Positions 8,632 to 18,302 of a stretch of DNA of 64,000 nucleotides are shown piece by piece. The DNA is from SAR324 cluster bacterium SAR324-CTD7B (GTDB lineage: Bacteria > SAR324 > NAC60-12). A model generated the notes under the pieces. The model was not told the origin of the DNA and did not search any database. It saw only the letters and a program-made list of their open reading frames with translations. Each line of letters opens with the position of its first letter. Positions within the stretch are counted from its first letter, which is position 1. Location of the stretch: NCBI GenBank assembly GCA_002082305.1, contig LSNO01000076.1:1904-65903 (forward strand). The letters are read 5' to 3'. A program made the position numbers and the translations under genes.

Positions 8632-9666
8632 ATGTCTGTATTCAAAAATGATCGATTAATCCGTGTGCTCAATCACTTACCTGTCGATCGGATACCCGTA
8701 TGGATGATGCGTCAGGCCGGTCGAACAGATCCTGAATACAATCAACTTAGAAAAAATGACGGTCGTGCACTGGAAGAACTTTTTGCGGATCCTGAAATAG
8801 CTATCAAAATTTCATTATTCCCCAAACGTCTTGGAGTGGATGCAATCATCATGTTTCAGGACATTCTCACTCCACTCACCCCAATGGGAGCAGGTTTCCA
8901 TTTTGATCCGGGTCCGGTTTTGGAAAAACCTGTCCGGACGTTCTCCCAGGTAAAAGCACTACGCGCAGTTGATCCGGAAATACACTTGCAAACCGTTGCT
9001 CAAATCCTCAAAGGACTTAATGCTGAACTCAAGGGAGAATTGCCAGTTCTTGGTTTTGCAGGCTCGCCGATGTCACTTGCATTTTTTTTGATTGCGGGCA
9101 ACAGTCCAAATCGGAAAATTGAAGAAGTTTTAGCATTTGTTGAAGAACAACCTGCAATCACTGAAGCTTTACTGGAGTTGTTAACAGAAATGACGGTGGA
9201 CTATATCAACTTCCAAATGGCATCTGGAGCACACGCTGTTCAATTATTTGAGTCGTTTGCGGAGGTTATCCCACTAGAGATTTATAAAAAATTTGTTCAG
9301 CCGACACATGAGAAAATTTTTAGTTCCCTGTCGCCAAATGCACACTCCATTTTGTTCACCAAAGAATCACCGCACCTGGATTTGATGCTTCAAAGTGGTG
9401 CTTCAGTTTTGAGTGTTGGAAATTGTATTGATTTGGCTCAAGCCAAAAAACGAGCTCCGAAAATGATTTTTCAAGGCAACGTTGATAATAAAATTTTGGC
9501 AGATGGTACTAAGGAAGAGATCACCCAAGCAGTCCGGAAATGTTTTGAGCAAAGTGGACGAAAAAATCACATCCTTAACCTTAATCACGGTTTGCTGGAA
9601 CGAACACCGTATGAGAACGTTCAGCATTTTGTGGATGTAGCAAAGGAACTTGGAAGAGTTAATTGA
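8632..9666 (+). CDS. hemE: Uroporphyrinogen decarboxylase
   Basis: 344 aa. N-terminal PVWMMRQAGR signature and typical length. Confidence 0.9.
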   Translation: MSVFKNDRLIRVLNHLPVDRIPVWMMRQAGRTDPEYNQLRKNDGRALEELFADPEIAIKISLFPKRLGVDAIIMFQDILTPLTPMGAGFHFDPGPVLEKPVRTFSQVKALRAVDPEIHLQTVAQILKGLNAELKGELPVLGFAGSPMSLAFFLIAGNSPNRKIEEVLAFVEEQPAITEALLELLTEMTVDYINFQMASGAHAVQLFESFAEVIPLEIYKKFVQPTHEKIFSSLSPNAHSILFTKESPHLDLMLQSGASVLSVGNCIDLAQAKKRAPKMIFQGNVDNKILADGTKEEITQAVRKCFEQSGRKNHILNLNHGLLERTPYENVQHFVDVAKELGRVN

Positions 9667-9700
9667 ACTGAAGGAGAGGTGACAATCGAGAACAAAGTTG

Positions 9701-9724
9701 GTTTCCCCGGCAGGGCGGGGAAAC
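9701..9724. terminator. Perfect 9-bp GC-rich hairpin between convergent hemE and the 5'-nucleotidase gene (possible bidirectional terminator)
   Basis: GTTTCCCCG (9701-9709), loop gcaggg, CGGGGAAAC (9716-9724). There is no clean T-run on the + side. Confidence 0.45.
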
Positions 9725-9785
9725 TTGCCCGCCCATTATATCCGGAAAGATAAAAACCAGCTTATGCTCTTTGCAAAATTTTCTC

Positions 9786-11291
9786 CTACTGAGCAACGAT
9801 TCGGCCCTCTATTTTTGGAGAGACTGTACCTTTGGCTTTGATATAATCCATCACCATGCTTGCGAGGAGTGTGGCTCCGCTGGCATCGATGAGGACTTTG
9901 CCTTTTTTGAAAACCTTGTACCCATCTCCGCCACCGGCAGCATAGTTGTTGGTCGCCACGGTGTAACTGCGTCCCTTATCCAGGGGCTGACCGCCGATTT
10001 TCGCGGAAACAATACGCGCCCCGGCTTTGGCTTTTGGATTCCAGACGAAACTCATTCCGGAAACTTGAGGGAAACGTCCGGCCCCATTTTCGACCTGACT
10101 CACACCATTTTCAAGAGCTTCCCAAATTTGCGCTCCGGTCAGTCCAAGTTTTACAACGACGTTGCCGAAAGGAAGTTCGGTCAGGATATCGCCTCGAGTG
10201 AGTGATGTGCCAGGTTCATAGATTTTATTAGCCCGGATTCCTCCACCGTTGGCAATACCGATGTCCGCTCCCACTCCCTCACGCATGGCATCTGCGATCA
10301 GGTTGCCGATTGTGGCCTCTCCATATCGCACCGTCTTTTTTCGGCTGTCGAGTTCGGTTGTTGTTGTACCGATTTCAATGTCGAGTTCCTTGCTCAGACG
10401 ATCTTTGTAGCCTTTGACTTTTGCGGCAACCGCGGCATCTTCGGAGACATTTAGGGTGTCCACCATTCGCATGTCAGCTTCCCACTTGAAACGTTTTTTG
10501 CCGCGCTTTTCGTAGGACGTCATTTTTACATCCATCACGGCAACTTTTTCAGAATCTTCACCGGCTTCCATCCAGACGTGCTTCCCGTCATCCCAGGTGA
10601 TTAAATAGTGATCGTGTCCGGAAAGCAACACATCGACAATGCCGCTGTCAATCAATTCCTGATCTTCCAACACATCTATATGAGCCAGTGCCACAATCAG
10701 GTTTGCACCCTGTCCTTTCAGTTCTTTGGCCAGAGCTTTTGCTGTGGCAACTACAGGGAGAAACTCATCGGTTCCGGGACTGGAAATATCTTTTGTGTTT
10801 GTAGTGACAAGTCCCATAATCCCGACACGGAAAGAACCAACATTGACCATCGCGGTGCGCACGGTACCATCGATGGGTAAGCCGTCCGCATCAACAGCAT
10901 TGCTTGCTAAAATCGGAAAATTTGAATCCCAAATTCGTTCGCGCAAAATGTCCGTTCCAAAATCCCACTCATGATTTCCAAGTACCATGTAGTCCAGACC
11001 TACGGCATTCAGCATATCAACGATTTGAGCACCCTTGAGAATACCGGACATCAGGGATGGAGAATAAGCATCACCCGAATGGACGAAGATCGAGTGTTCG
11101 GCTCCGGCCTTTTCCTGTTTGACCACAGTGGCCAGTTTGGCAAATCCGCCACGCCCTTTTTTAGCAGGGAGGACGTAGTGATCACCTGTGAGGATGATCC
11201 GTAGTGTTTCTGTTTCGTCTGCCATTGCAGTCATTGGTGTAAAAGCAATCAGACTCGAAATGAGTCCGTAAAATACATATTTTAGTCGCAT
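9786..11291 (-). CDS. Secreted bifunctional metallophosphatase/5'-nucleotidase (UshA-like)
   Basis: 501 aa. Signal peptide MRLKYVFYGLISSLIAFTPMTAMA. Calcineurin-like motifs GDHY, HSGDAY, GNHEWDF, LSGHDH. C-terminal 5'-nucleotidase domain. Confidence 0.85.
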   Translation of the reverse strand: MRLKYVFYGLISSLIAFTPMTAMADETETLRIILTGDHYVLPAKKGRGGFAKLATVVKQEKAGAEHSIFVHSGDAYSPSLMSGILKGAQIVDMLNAVGLDYMVLGNHEWDFGTDILRERIWDSNFPILASNAVDADGLPIDGTVRTAMVNVGSFRVGIMGLVTTNTKDISSPGTDEFLPVVATAKALAKELKGQGANLIVALAHIDVLEDQELIDSGIVDVLLSGHDHYLITWDDGKHVWMEAGEDSEKVAVMDVKMTSYEKRGKKRFKWEADMRMVDTLNVSEDAAVAAKVKGYKDRLSKELDIEIGTTTTELDSRKKTVRYGEATIGNLIADAMREGVGADIGIANGGGIRANKIYEPGTSLTRGDILTELPFGNVVVKLGLTGAQIWEALENGVSQVENGAGRFPQVSGMSFVWNPKAKAGARIVSAKIGGQPLDKGRSYTVATNNYAAGGGDGYKVFKKGKVLIDASGATLLASMVMDYIKAKGTVSPKIEGRIVAQ

Positions 11292-11556
11292 AATCGTACC
11301 TTTATTGTTTTAGATTAATAAAATTACACACGCTCTGGTTCGAATTACGAATCACGTGCAAACTTACCCATCAGCAATTGATGAGTACGAAACTTGATGA
11401 AAAATAAAAAGTGAACTCGAGAAAATTTTGTGAGTCCATCTTGTGTCAATGTTGTCTTTAAGCTACGATGTCTCAAAGTACAATCACGAAAAAATTTTCA
11501 CCAAAACAATGGATAGTAATAAGTACAATAATATTTTATAAATTGCCAGCAAAAAA

Positions 11557-13515
11557 ATGAATAAATCTTCTTCCACTAAAAATAATGTCATAATTTTGCC
11601 GGAATCATTGATCAATAAAATTGCTGCGGGTGAGGTTGTTGAACGTCCCGCTTCAGTGGTCAAAGAGTTGCTTGAGAATGCAATTGATGCCGGAGCTACA
11701 GAAATTCAAGTGAGTATCAAAAATGGAGGAAAGGATTTGATTTCTATTCTCGACAACGGTTGCGGAATGAACGAATCTGATGCTCAACTTTCTGTGGAAA
11801 GGCATGCAACGAGTAAAATTATTGATGAAGAGGATTTATTTCGTATCCGGACTTTGGGGTTTCGGGGGGAGGCACTGGCTTCAATTGCAGCAATTTCACA
11901 TTTTGAGATTCTGACATGTAATGATGAAACTCAAGGTGCAACCAGAATATTTATTAAAGGCGGCTACCTGGAACAAGTCGGAAAAATAGGTTTCCCGAAA
12001 GGTACGAAAGTCACTGTCGAACGTCTTTTTTACAATACACCTGCCCGCTTGAAATTTCTCAAAACCACTGCCACAGAACTTCAGCACATTCAGCAGCATC
12101 TGGTACAAAAGTCCCTGGCTTATCCGCACATTCATTTCCGTCTAACACATAATCGGCAACTTCTGCTAAATCTTTCCGGAGGACAAGCTCTGGAAACTCG
12201 TATCCAGCAGCTTTATGGTGAAGAGTTTAAGGAAATTTTGATGCCGGTTAAACATGAGGAAACATATCTACAGTTTTCCGGTTTCATTTCATTTCCTTCA
12301 AAACCACGGACGAGCAGGCGCTGGCAATATATTTTTGTGAATGAGCGGAATGTCAAATCTCCGTCAATCAATCACGGGATTTATGATGGTTATGGAACTT
12401 TTTTAGGCAAAGGACAGCATCCGGTTTTTTTCCTAAATTTGAGAATAGACCCGACTGAAATTGATGTGAATGTGCATCCGGCAAAGACAGAAATACGTTT
12501 CCGGAACAACCAGCTTGTCCATACAATTTTAACAGATCAAATTTCCCGTGCCCTGAAAGAAGGAGCCAGTCGCCGGTTTTTTGGCCGTGAACATTCACAT
12601 TCGCAAATGTCACACACAGGTGTTTCAGGACAAATAGATCTGCCGCTGGATGATCCGTTGCCTTTGGGAAATGAGTCTGCAGAAATGTTATTTCCTGTAA
12701 ACAAAACCCGTACAAAAGAAGCAAGAGATCTCCCGCCGCGAGGCTCGTTGAGGCCGGAAAAATCACATAAACTCACTGCATTCCCACAAGAAATCCGGAT
12801 TGCTGAAATTCGCCAGGAACCAATAAAAACTCAGTATTTCGCTTCAACAAAAACATCAACAGTTCCGGACTCCGTTCCGGGGAATCTTCCGGAAAACGAG
12901 ATAGGCAATCTCTGTCTAATTTCACCTCTGCCGTTGGTTCCAAAAAAAATAAGGGTGCTTGGTCAGTTCCGGAAGACATACATTATTGCGGAAAATGATG
13001 CGGGGTTGGTGCTGATTGAACAGCGAGCGCTCCACGAACGTTTGATTTATGATACTTATGTGGAGTCACTGCAAAAAAAAGAGGTGAAGATTCAGACTTT
13101 TAAAGTTTCACTTTTATTGGAACTGTCTCCCCAGGAATCAGTGTTGCTGGAACAATCTTTAGTACCATTAGCCCTTTCCGGTTTTGCAGTCAGTCCATTT
13201 GGAGGGAGTACTTTTGCAGTAGATTCGATTCCGGAATGCTTGAGTGAAGATCAAGTGGAAAAAGTGGTCAGGGAAATCCTTGATCGACTGGCATTGTTTG
13301 GCAAGAGAGGTCAAAACGAAGAAATATTACGGGACGTCTGTCAAGTGGTTTCAGAGCATGCATCTATGCCATATGAGCAGGAACTTGGGCAGTCTGAAAT
13401 GGATTGTTTGCTGGCACAGTGGGAAGAATTGGACAGTCCGATGGCATCCATCAAGGAAGCCCCCATTATGGTGGAATTTTCTCTACAAGAACTGGAAAAA
13501 AGGTTGAGGCGTTGA
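11557..13515 (+). CDS. mutL: DNA mismatch repair protein MutL
   Basis: 652 aa. N-terminal LINKIAAGEVVERPASVVKELLENAIDAG and GFRGEAL (GHKL ATPase). C-terminal dimerisation domain. Confidence 0.9.
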   Translation: MNKSSSTKNNVIILPESLINKIAAGEVVERPASVVKELLENAIDAGATEIQVSIKNGGKDLISILDNGCGMNESDAQLSVERHATSKIIDEEDLFRIRTLGFRGEALASIAAISHFEILTCNDETQGATRIFIKGGYLEQVGKIGFPKGTKVTVERLFYNTPARLKFLKTTATELQHIQQHLVQKSLAYPHIHFRLTHNRQLLLNLSGGQALETRIQQLYGEEFKEILMPVKHEETYLQFSGFISFPSKPRTSRRWQYIFVNERNVKSPSINHGIYDGYGTFLGKGQHPVFFLNLRIDPTEIDVNVHPAKTEIRFRNNQLVHTILTDQISRALKEGASRRFFGREHSHSQMSHTGVSGQIDLPLDDPLPLGNESAEMLFPVNKTRTKEARDLPPRGSLRPEKSHKLTAFPQEIRIAEIRQEPIKTQYFASTKTSTVPDSVPGNLPENEIGNLCLISPLPLVPKKIRVLGQFRKTYIIAENDAGLVLIEQRALHERLIYDTYVESLQKKEVKIQTFKVSLLLELSPQESVLLEQSLVPLALSGFAVSPFGGSTFAVDSIPECLSEDQVEKVVREILDRLALFGKRGQNEEILRDVCQVVSEHASMPYEQELGQSEMDCLLAQWEELDSPMASIKEAPIMVEFSLQELEKRLRR

Positions 13516-13578
13516 TCGGGGTTATTTGCTTATTTGGAATTGACTTGAAACTGCCGGATGTTCAAATGGTAAAATAAC

Positions 13579-14544
13579 ATGATATTAACAACCAAAACTA
13601 AAATGGAAAAAACCCACCACAAACTAATAATTTTAGGCTCCGGTCCTGCGGGATTGACTGCGGCAATTTATGCGGCAAGAGCCAACTTAAATCCTGTTGT
13701 CGTCTCTGGACGAGAGGCAGGAGGACAATTGATGATCACTACAGACGTTGAAAATTATCCTGGTTTTCCAGAAGGAATTCAAGGTCCGGAAATGATGGAT
13801 CTCCTGAAAGCCCAGGCCGCTCGTTTTGACACAGAATTTTTTTCCGGTGATGTGGTAGAAGTTGATTTGTCACAGCGACCATTTAAACTTACGTTGGAAA
13901 ACAAAGATACGTTGACCTGCGATTCACTGATTATTTCGTCTGGAGCCTCCGCGAGATGGCTTGGAATGGATTCAGAAAAAGAATACAGCGGCAGGGGGGT
14001 TTCTGCCTGTGCAACCTGCGACGGGTTTTTCTTTCGTGACCAGGATGTGGCCGTTGTAGGCGGAGGTGATACTGCGCTGGAAGAAGCTCTGTATTTGGCA
14101 AATATCTGTAAAAGTGTGACAATGATTCATCGACGCGATGAATTCCGAGGCAGCAAAATTATGCAGAAACGTGCTTTTGATCACAAGAAAATCTCAATAT
14201 TATGGGATACTGTTGTTGAAAAAGTAGTGGGTAACTCCAAGGACGGAATGACGTCCCTGAAAGTGAGGAACGTTAAAACGGATAAAGTTAAAGAACATCC
14301 TATCACAGGATTGTTCATTGCGATTGGACACACTCCAAATACAAATTTATTCAAAGATCAGTTGATTATGGACAAAAACGGTTATCTGAAAGTCACGCCT
14401 GGCACGACATATACGTCTGTCGAAGGCGTTTTTGCTTCAGGAGATGTTCAGGATCATGTTTATCGGCAAGCCGTTACTGCTGCAGGAACCGGATGTATGG
14501 CGGCCATTGATGCAGAGCGTTGGCTGGCTGAACAAATATGCTGA
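13579..14544 (+). CDS. trxB: Thioredoxin-disulfide reductase
   Basis: 321 aa. ILGSGPAGLTAAIYAAR FAD motif, redox centre CATCDGFFF, second dinucleotide motif VVGGGDTALEEA. Confidence 0.9.
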   Translation: MILTTKTKMEKTHHKLIILGSGPAGLTAAIYAARANLNPVVVSGREAGGQLMITTDVENYPGFPEGIQGPEMMDLLKAQAARFDTEFFSGDVVEVDLSQRPFKLTLENKDTLTCDSLIISSGASARWLGMDSEKEYSGRGVSACATCDGFFFRDQDVAVVGGGDTALEEALYLANICKSVTMIHRRDEFRGSKIMQKRAFDHKKISILWDTVVEKVVGNSKDGMTSLKVRNVKTDKVKEHPITGLFIAIGHTPNTNLFKDQLIMDKNGYLKVTPGTTYTSVEGVFASGDVQDHVYRQAVTAAGTGCMAAIDAERWLAEQIC

Positions 14545-14553
14545 ACATAATTA

Positions 14554-14592
14554 CCACTGCAGGAAACTAAATTAAAAAATTACCTGCAGTGG
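14554..14592 (+). terminator. Hairpin downstream of trxB (10-bp perfect stem, 19-nt A-rich loop)
   Basis: CCACTGCAGG (14554-14563) pairs with CCTGCAGTGG (14583-14592). It is followed by ATATTT and then an A-run. The large loop makes it an atypical terminator. Confidence 0.35.
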
Positions 14593-14628
14593 ATATTTAA
14601 AAAAAACAAATGAAAATATTAAAACAAA

Positions 14629-15117
14629 ATGAACAACAAATCTTTGCCTGCAATTGTTGCAGTTCAAACTGCTGTGATGCTGGGACTGCTGTATTACTTA
14701 TGGAATCAGGAAACAAACGAAATATTAAATGAAAAAAACTTTCTTTTTTTAGCAATTCTTTCTATCTCATGCCTATTACTGGCGATAGTTCTACATTTCA
14801 AAAAGCCAATCACCTATGAAGAAGGTACTCGCCGAGATGGGACAGTTAAATGGTTTAATTCAAATAAAGGTTTTGGCTTCATAGAACAGGACACTGGAGA
14901 CGACCTTTTTGTCCATCAGTCTGAAATTCGGCAGGCCGGTTTTCGTTTCCTCAACCAGGGGGATCGTGTTGAGTTTGAAGTCGGTACAGGAAAAAAAGGA
15001 CCGGTTGCTCTAAAAGTAACTCGTACTCAGGCGGCAGATCCAGAGAAATATCCCAATTTTAACGAAGAGCCTGAAGAGGCTCTGATTAATAAAATTTCTG
15101 AAACACAATTAAACTAA
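14629..15117 (+). CDS. Membrane-anchored cold-shock domain protein (two N-terminal TM helices plus a CSD)
   Basis: 162 aa. Hydrophobic segments at aa 6-24 and 38-56. Then [30 protein letters not shown] (RNP1 KGFGFI, RNP2-like LFVHQS). Acidic tail. Confidence 0.75.
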   Translation: MNNKSLPAIVAVQTAVMLGLLYYLWNQETNEILNEKNFLFLAILSISCLLLAIVLHFKKPITYEEGTRRDGTVKWFNSNKGFGFIEQDTGDDLFVHQSEIRQAGFRFLNQGDRVEFEVGTGKKGPVALKVTRTQAADPEKYPNFNEEPEEALINKISETQLN

Positions 15118-15119
15118 AA

Positions 15120-16343
15120 ATGAACCAGGAAAAACTCGTATTGGCTTATTCCGGTGGTCTGGATACTTCCGTTCTTGTCCATTGGCTTGCTCAACAAGGA
15201 TATGAAGTAATTGCACTATGTCTTGATTTAGGACAGAAAGTTGAAGATTTGGATGCCATCCTTGAAAAAGGTAAAAAAGCTGGTGCAGCAAAAGTTCTGA
15301 TCGAAAATGTTGAAGAAGAATTTGTACAGGATTACGTTTTCCCTTCCATTCATTGGAATGCGCTTTATGAAGGAACTTATTTGCTGGGGACTTCATTAGC
15401 ACGGCCTTTGATTTCCAAAAAACAGATAGAAGTTGCAGGGCGGGAAGGTGCTGTTGCTGTAGCACATGGCGCAACCGGAAAAGGTAATGATCAGGTCCGT
15501 TTTGAGTTAAGCTATTATGCGCTCAATCCTAATATTCGTGTAGTAGCACCATGGAAAATTCCTGAGTTTTACAAAAAATATCCCGGTCGTACAGAATTAT
15601 TAGCCTATGCGGAAAAATACGGTATTCCGGTCAAGGCTTCCAAAGAACAACCCTGGAGTTCAGATGAAAATCTTATGCACATCAGTTTTGAATCTGGTAT
15701 GTTGGAGGACCCCTGGCAAGCTCCACTACCGGAAATGTTCGAATTGTCACAGTCGCCGAAAGAGGCTCCAGTTGAGTCTCAGGAGATTCTGATTGAATTT
15801 CTAAAAGGAAATCCGGTCGCGGTTGATGGGAAAAAATTTTCTCCGGCAAAATTGTTGACATATCTAAATGAATTGGGCGGGAGACATGGAATTGGCCGGA
15901 TTGATATGGTAGAGTCCCGTTTTGTCGGCATGAAAAACAGGGGGGTGTATGAAACACCAGGTGGTACTATTTTACACATTGCACATCGGGCAATGGAGTC
16001 AATTACCTTGAACCGTGGTGTAATTAATCTCAAGGATTCACTAATGCCGCGCTTTGCGCAACTGACCTACGATGGCTTTTGGTTTTCACCTGAAATGGAA
16101 ATTTTGCTGGAAATGGTGAAAAAAACTCAGGAACCGGTTAATGGTACAGTCCGTCTGGAACTTTACAAAGGCAACTGCATGGTGACTGGCCGTAAATCAC
16201 CAAACAGCCTCTATGATGAGGATATGGCAACAATGGAAGCGGACCAGGGTACTTATGATCCACAGGATGCCATTGGTTTTATCAAACTTCATGCCCTGCC
16301 GTTACGTATTCAAGCAGGTTTGAAAGCTAATTCTAAAACTTAG
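15120..16343 (+). CDS. argG: Argininosuccinate synthase
   Basis: 407 aa. LAYSGGLDTS N-type ATP-pyrophosphatase motif and AHGATGKGNDQVRFE signature. Confidence 0.92.
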   Translation: MNQEKLVLAYSGGLDTSVLVHWLAQQGYEVIALCLDLGQKVEDLDAILEKGKKAGAAKVLIENVEEEFVQDYVFPSIHWNALYEGTYLLGTSLARPLISKKQIEVAGREGAVAVAHGATGKGNDQVRFELSYYALNPNIRVVAPWKIPEFYKKYPGRTELLAYAEKYGIPVKASKEQPWSSDENLMHISFESGMLEDPWQAPLPEMFELSQSPKEAPVESQEILIEFLKGNPVAVDGKKFSPAKLLTYLNELGGRHGIGRIDMVESRFVGMKNRGVYETPGGTILHIAHRAMESITLNRGVINLKDSLMPRFAQLTYDGFWFSPEMEILLEMVKKTQEPVNGTVRLELYKGNCMVTGRKSPNSLYDEDMATMEADQGTYDPQDAIGFIKLHALPLRIQAGLKANSKT

Positions 16344-16385
16344 AGCCGGACTTTACTCAAACTATTTTCCAACCTGGTAAGAAGA

Positions 16386-17207
16386 ATGAAGCTGCAAAAA
16401 TTATTTCCTCTACTCACTGTGGTATTTTTTCTTTCCACCTGCATTTTGCTGTATCTCCTTTATTTTTCTGTTCCACAAACTTTACCAATCTCACAGTCGG
16501 CCCAGATCGAAATTACTGTTCCAGAACAAACAGTGATTTCTCCTGAAAAACCTCAAATTTCAGAGGAGGAAATTCAACGTTTACTGGATATTGAAAACGA
16601 ACAAAAAGAACTTGTATTACTCTTTGAACGTGTTTCTGCTGATCTGAAAGAAGCCACTGGTTCCAAACAAATTCTGAATCAACTTTCCTTGGGACGTTTT
16701 ATTTTGCGGGATTTCGAAAAACGTTTTTTGAACAATAAGCTTTTCCGCAAAGCTGGAGGGTTTTTAAGTTTCATGAGGGAAAAAACAAAATCTTATTTGA
16801 GCTCAGGAAAACTTGCTGTAAATCCTGCTGGAATCAAAAAGAAAGATTTGCTTAACTTCCGCAGGGAACTCACCAGTTGGCTCTTGACGCGCAGCAACGA
16901 AGAAATTGAGGCTGTGGCGAGGTTTTTGAGTTTTTTCTATGCAGAAACACTTTATGATATTCCAATGACGATGTTGGCTTCCAGGTTGACTCCTGAACTG
17001 GAGGAAATTAATTTTAGTACACCGGTGCTTCTGCAAAAAGTTCTAACTACTGCAAGCAGAGATGTCAACGGTGAAATGAATGAAAAAAAGCCTACTGATG
17101 TTGCAGAATATTCGATGGCACAGCAGTTCTTTTTTCGCAGGGGTCCGAAAATATCCGCAAAGGCAGTTGTCTTTTTGAAGGCATACCTCAGTTACACCGA
17201 TCTGTAA
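16386..17207 (+). CDS. Hypothetical membrane-anchored protein
   Basis: 273 aa. One N-terminal hydrophobic helix (LFPLLTVVFFLSTCILLYLLYF). I recognise no other motif. Confidence 0.4.
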   Translation: MKLQKLFPLLTVVFFLSTCILLYLLYFSVPQTLPISQSAQIEITVPEQTVISPEKPQISEEEIQRLLDIENEQKELVLLFERVSADLKEATGSKQILNQLSLGRFILRDFEKRFLNNKLFRKAGGFLSFMREKTKSYLSSGKLAVNPAGIKKKDLLNFRRELTSWLLTRSNEEIEAVARFLSFFYAETLYDIPMTMLASRLTPELEEINFSTPVLLQKVLTTASRDVNGEMNEKKPTDVAEYSMAQQFFFRRGPKISAKAVVFLKAYLSYTDL

Positions 17208-17309
17208 TCCATTTGAATGAGTCTGTTGAGAACTTGGTTCTCTTGTCTAAATCCAACGCCGGAATAGTGTCATCTTCAGTTTCACTCTAATTATCAATGG
17301 CCCAACAAA

Positions 17310-18299
17310 ATGGAAATTCGGGTTCTCAGTAGTGATGATGTTCAAAAGGCCCTTCCGATGGCAGAAGCAATCGAGGGCATGAAGCGTGCGTATAGCCGGC
17401 TTTCGTCCGGACGGGTTGAGATGCCTCTCCGCAGCCGTGTCCATGTTCCTGAGCAGGAGGGAGTGCTCCTGACAATGCCTGCCGCGCTTCCGGACGACAG
17501 TGAAATGGCTGTAAAACTGGTAACTGTTTTTGGCAAAAATCCAGCCCGTGGATTTCCCCTGATTCATGCTGCCGTGCTTGTGTTGGACACCGAAAACGGT
17601 CAAATCAAAGCCCTGATGGATGGAGAAGTTTTGACTGCAGTTCGTACCGGAGCTGGAGTCGGAGCCGCTACAGAATTGCTTGCGTCTTCGGATGCGGTTT
17701 CTGTCGCAATAATCGGCAGCGGAAAACAGGCCTGTTCACAACTGGATGCTGTTTGTACTGTTCGCAGTATTCGGCAAGCGTGGGTTTATAGTCCAAACCC
17801 TGAACATGCACAAAATTTTGTGGAAGAAATGTCCGGAGTTGGTCCAATTCCAAAGGATGTTCAAGCAGTTACTTCTTCTGCAGAAGCCGTAAAAAATGCA
17901 GACATTGTCTGTACTGCCACCACTTCCTCTACTCCTGTTATTTCCTTTAAGAACCTCAAACAGGGGGCTCATTTAAATGCAGTTGGTTCTTTTCAGCCAT
18001 CAATGCAGGAAATCGATTCAGATACTATTCAAAATGCTCTTGTCTTCGTTGATTCCCGTGAATCTGCACTGATCGAAACTGGAGATATAGTCACTCCGCT
18101 TAAACAAGGTTTGATCACAGCAGACAAAATTGTTGCAGAAATAGGAGAACTCATCAATGGAACAAAATCCGGACGAACCTCACCTGAACAACTGACATTT
18201 TTTAAATCCTGTGGAGTAGCCGTACAGGATGCCGTCTCTGCCGGGATTGCTTTGAAAAACGCAGAGCGTGAAAATCTCGGAACAATTGTCTCTATATAA
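17310..18299 (+). CDS. Ornithine cyclodeaminase/mu-crystallin family protein (possible ketimine/imino-acid reductase)
   Basis: 329 aa. Family-typical TAVRTGA segment and Rossmann VAIIGSGKQA. Typical length. Confidence 0.75.
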   Translation: MEIRVLSSDDVQKALPMAEAIEGMKRAYSRLSSGRVEMPLRSRVHVPEQEGVLLTMPAALPDDSEMAVKLVTVFGKNPARGFPLIHAAVLVLDTENGQIKALMDGEVLTAVRTGAGVGAATELLASSDAVSVAIIGSGKQACSQLDAVCTVRSIRQAWVYSPNPEHAQNFVEEMSGVGPIPKDVQAVTSSAEAVKNADIVCTATTSSTPVISFKNLKQGAHLNAVGSFQPSMQEIDSDTIQNALVFVDSRESALIETGDIVTPLKQGLITADKIVAEIGELINGTKSGRTSPEQLTFFKSCGVAVQDAVSAGIALKNAERENLGTIVSI

Positions 18300-18302
18300 A
18301 AA

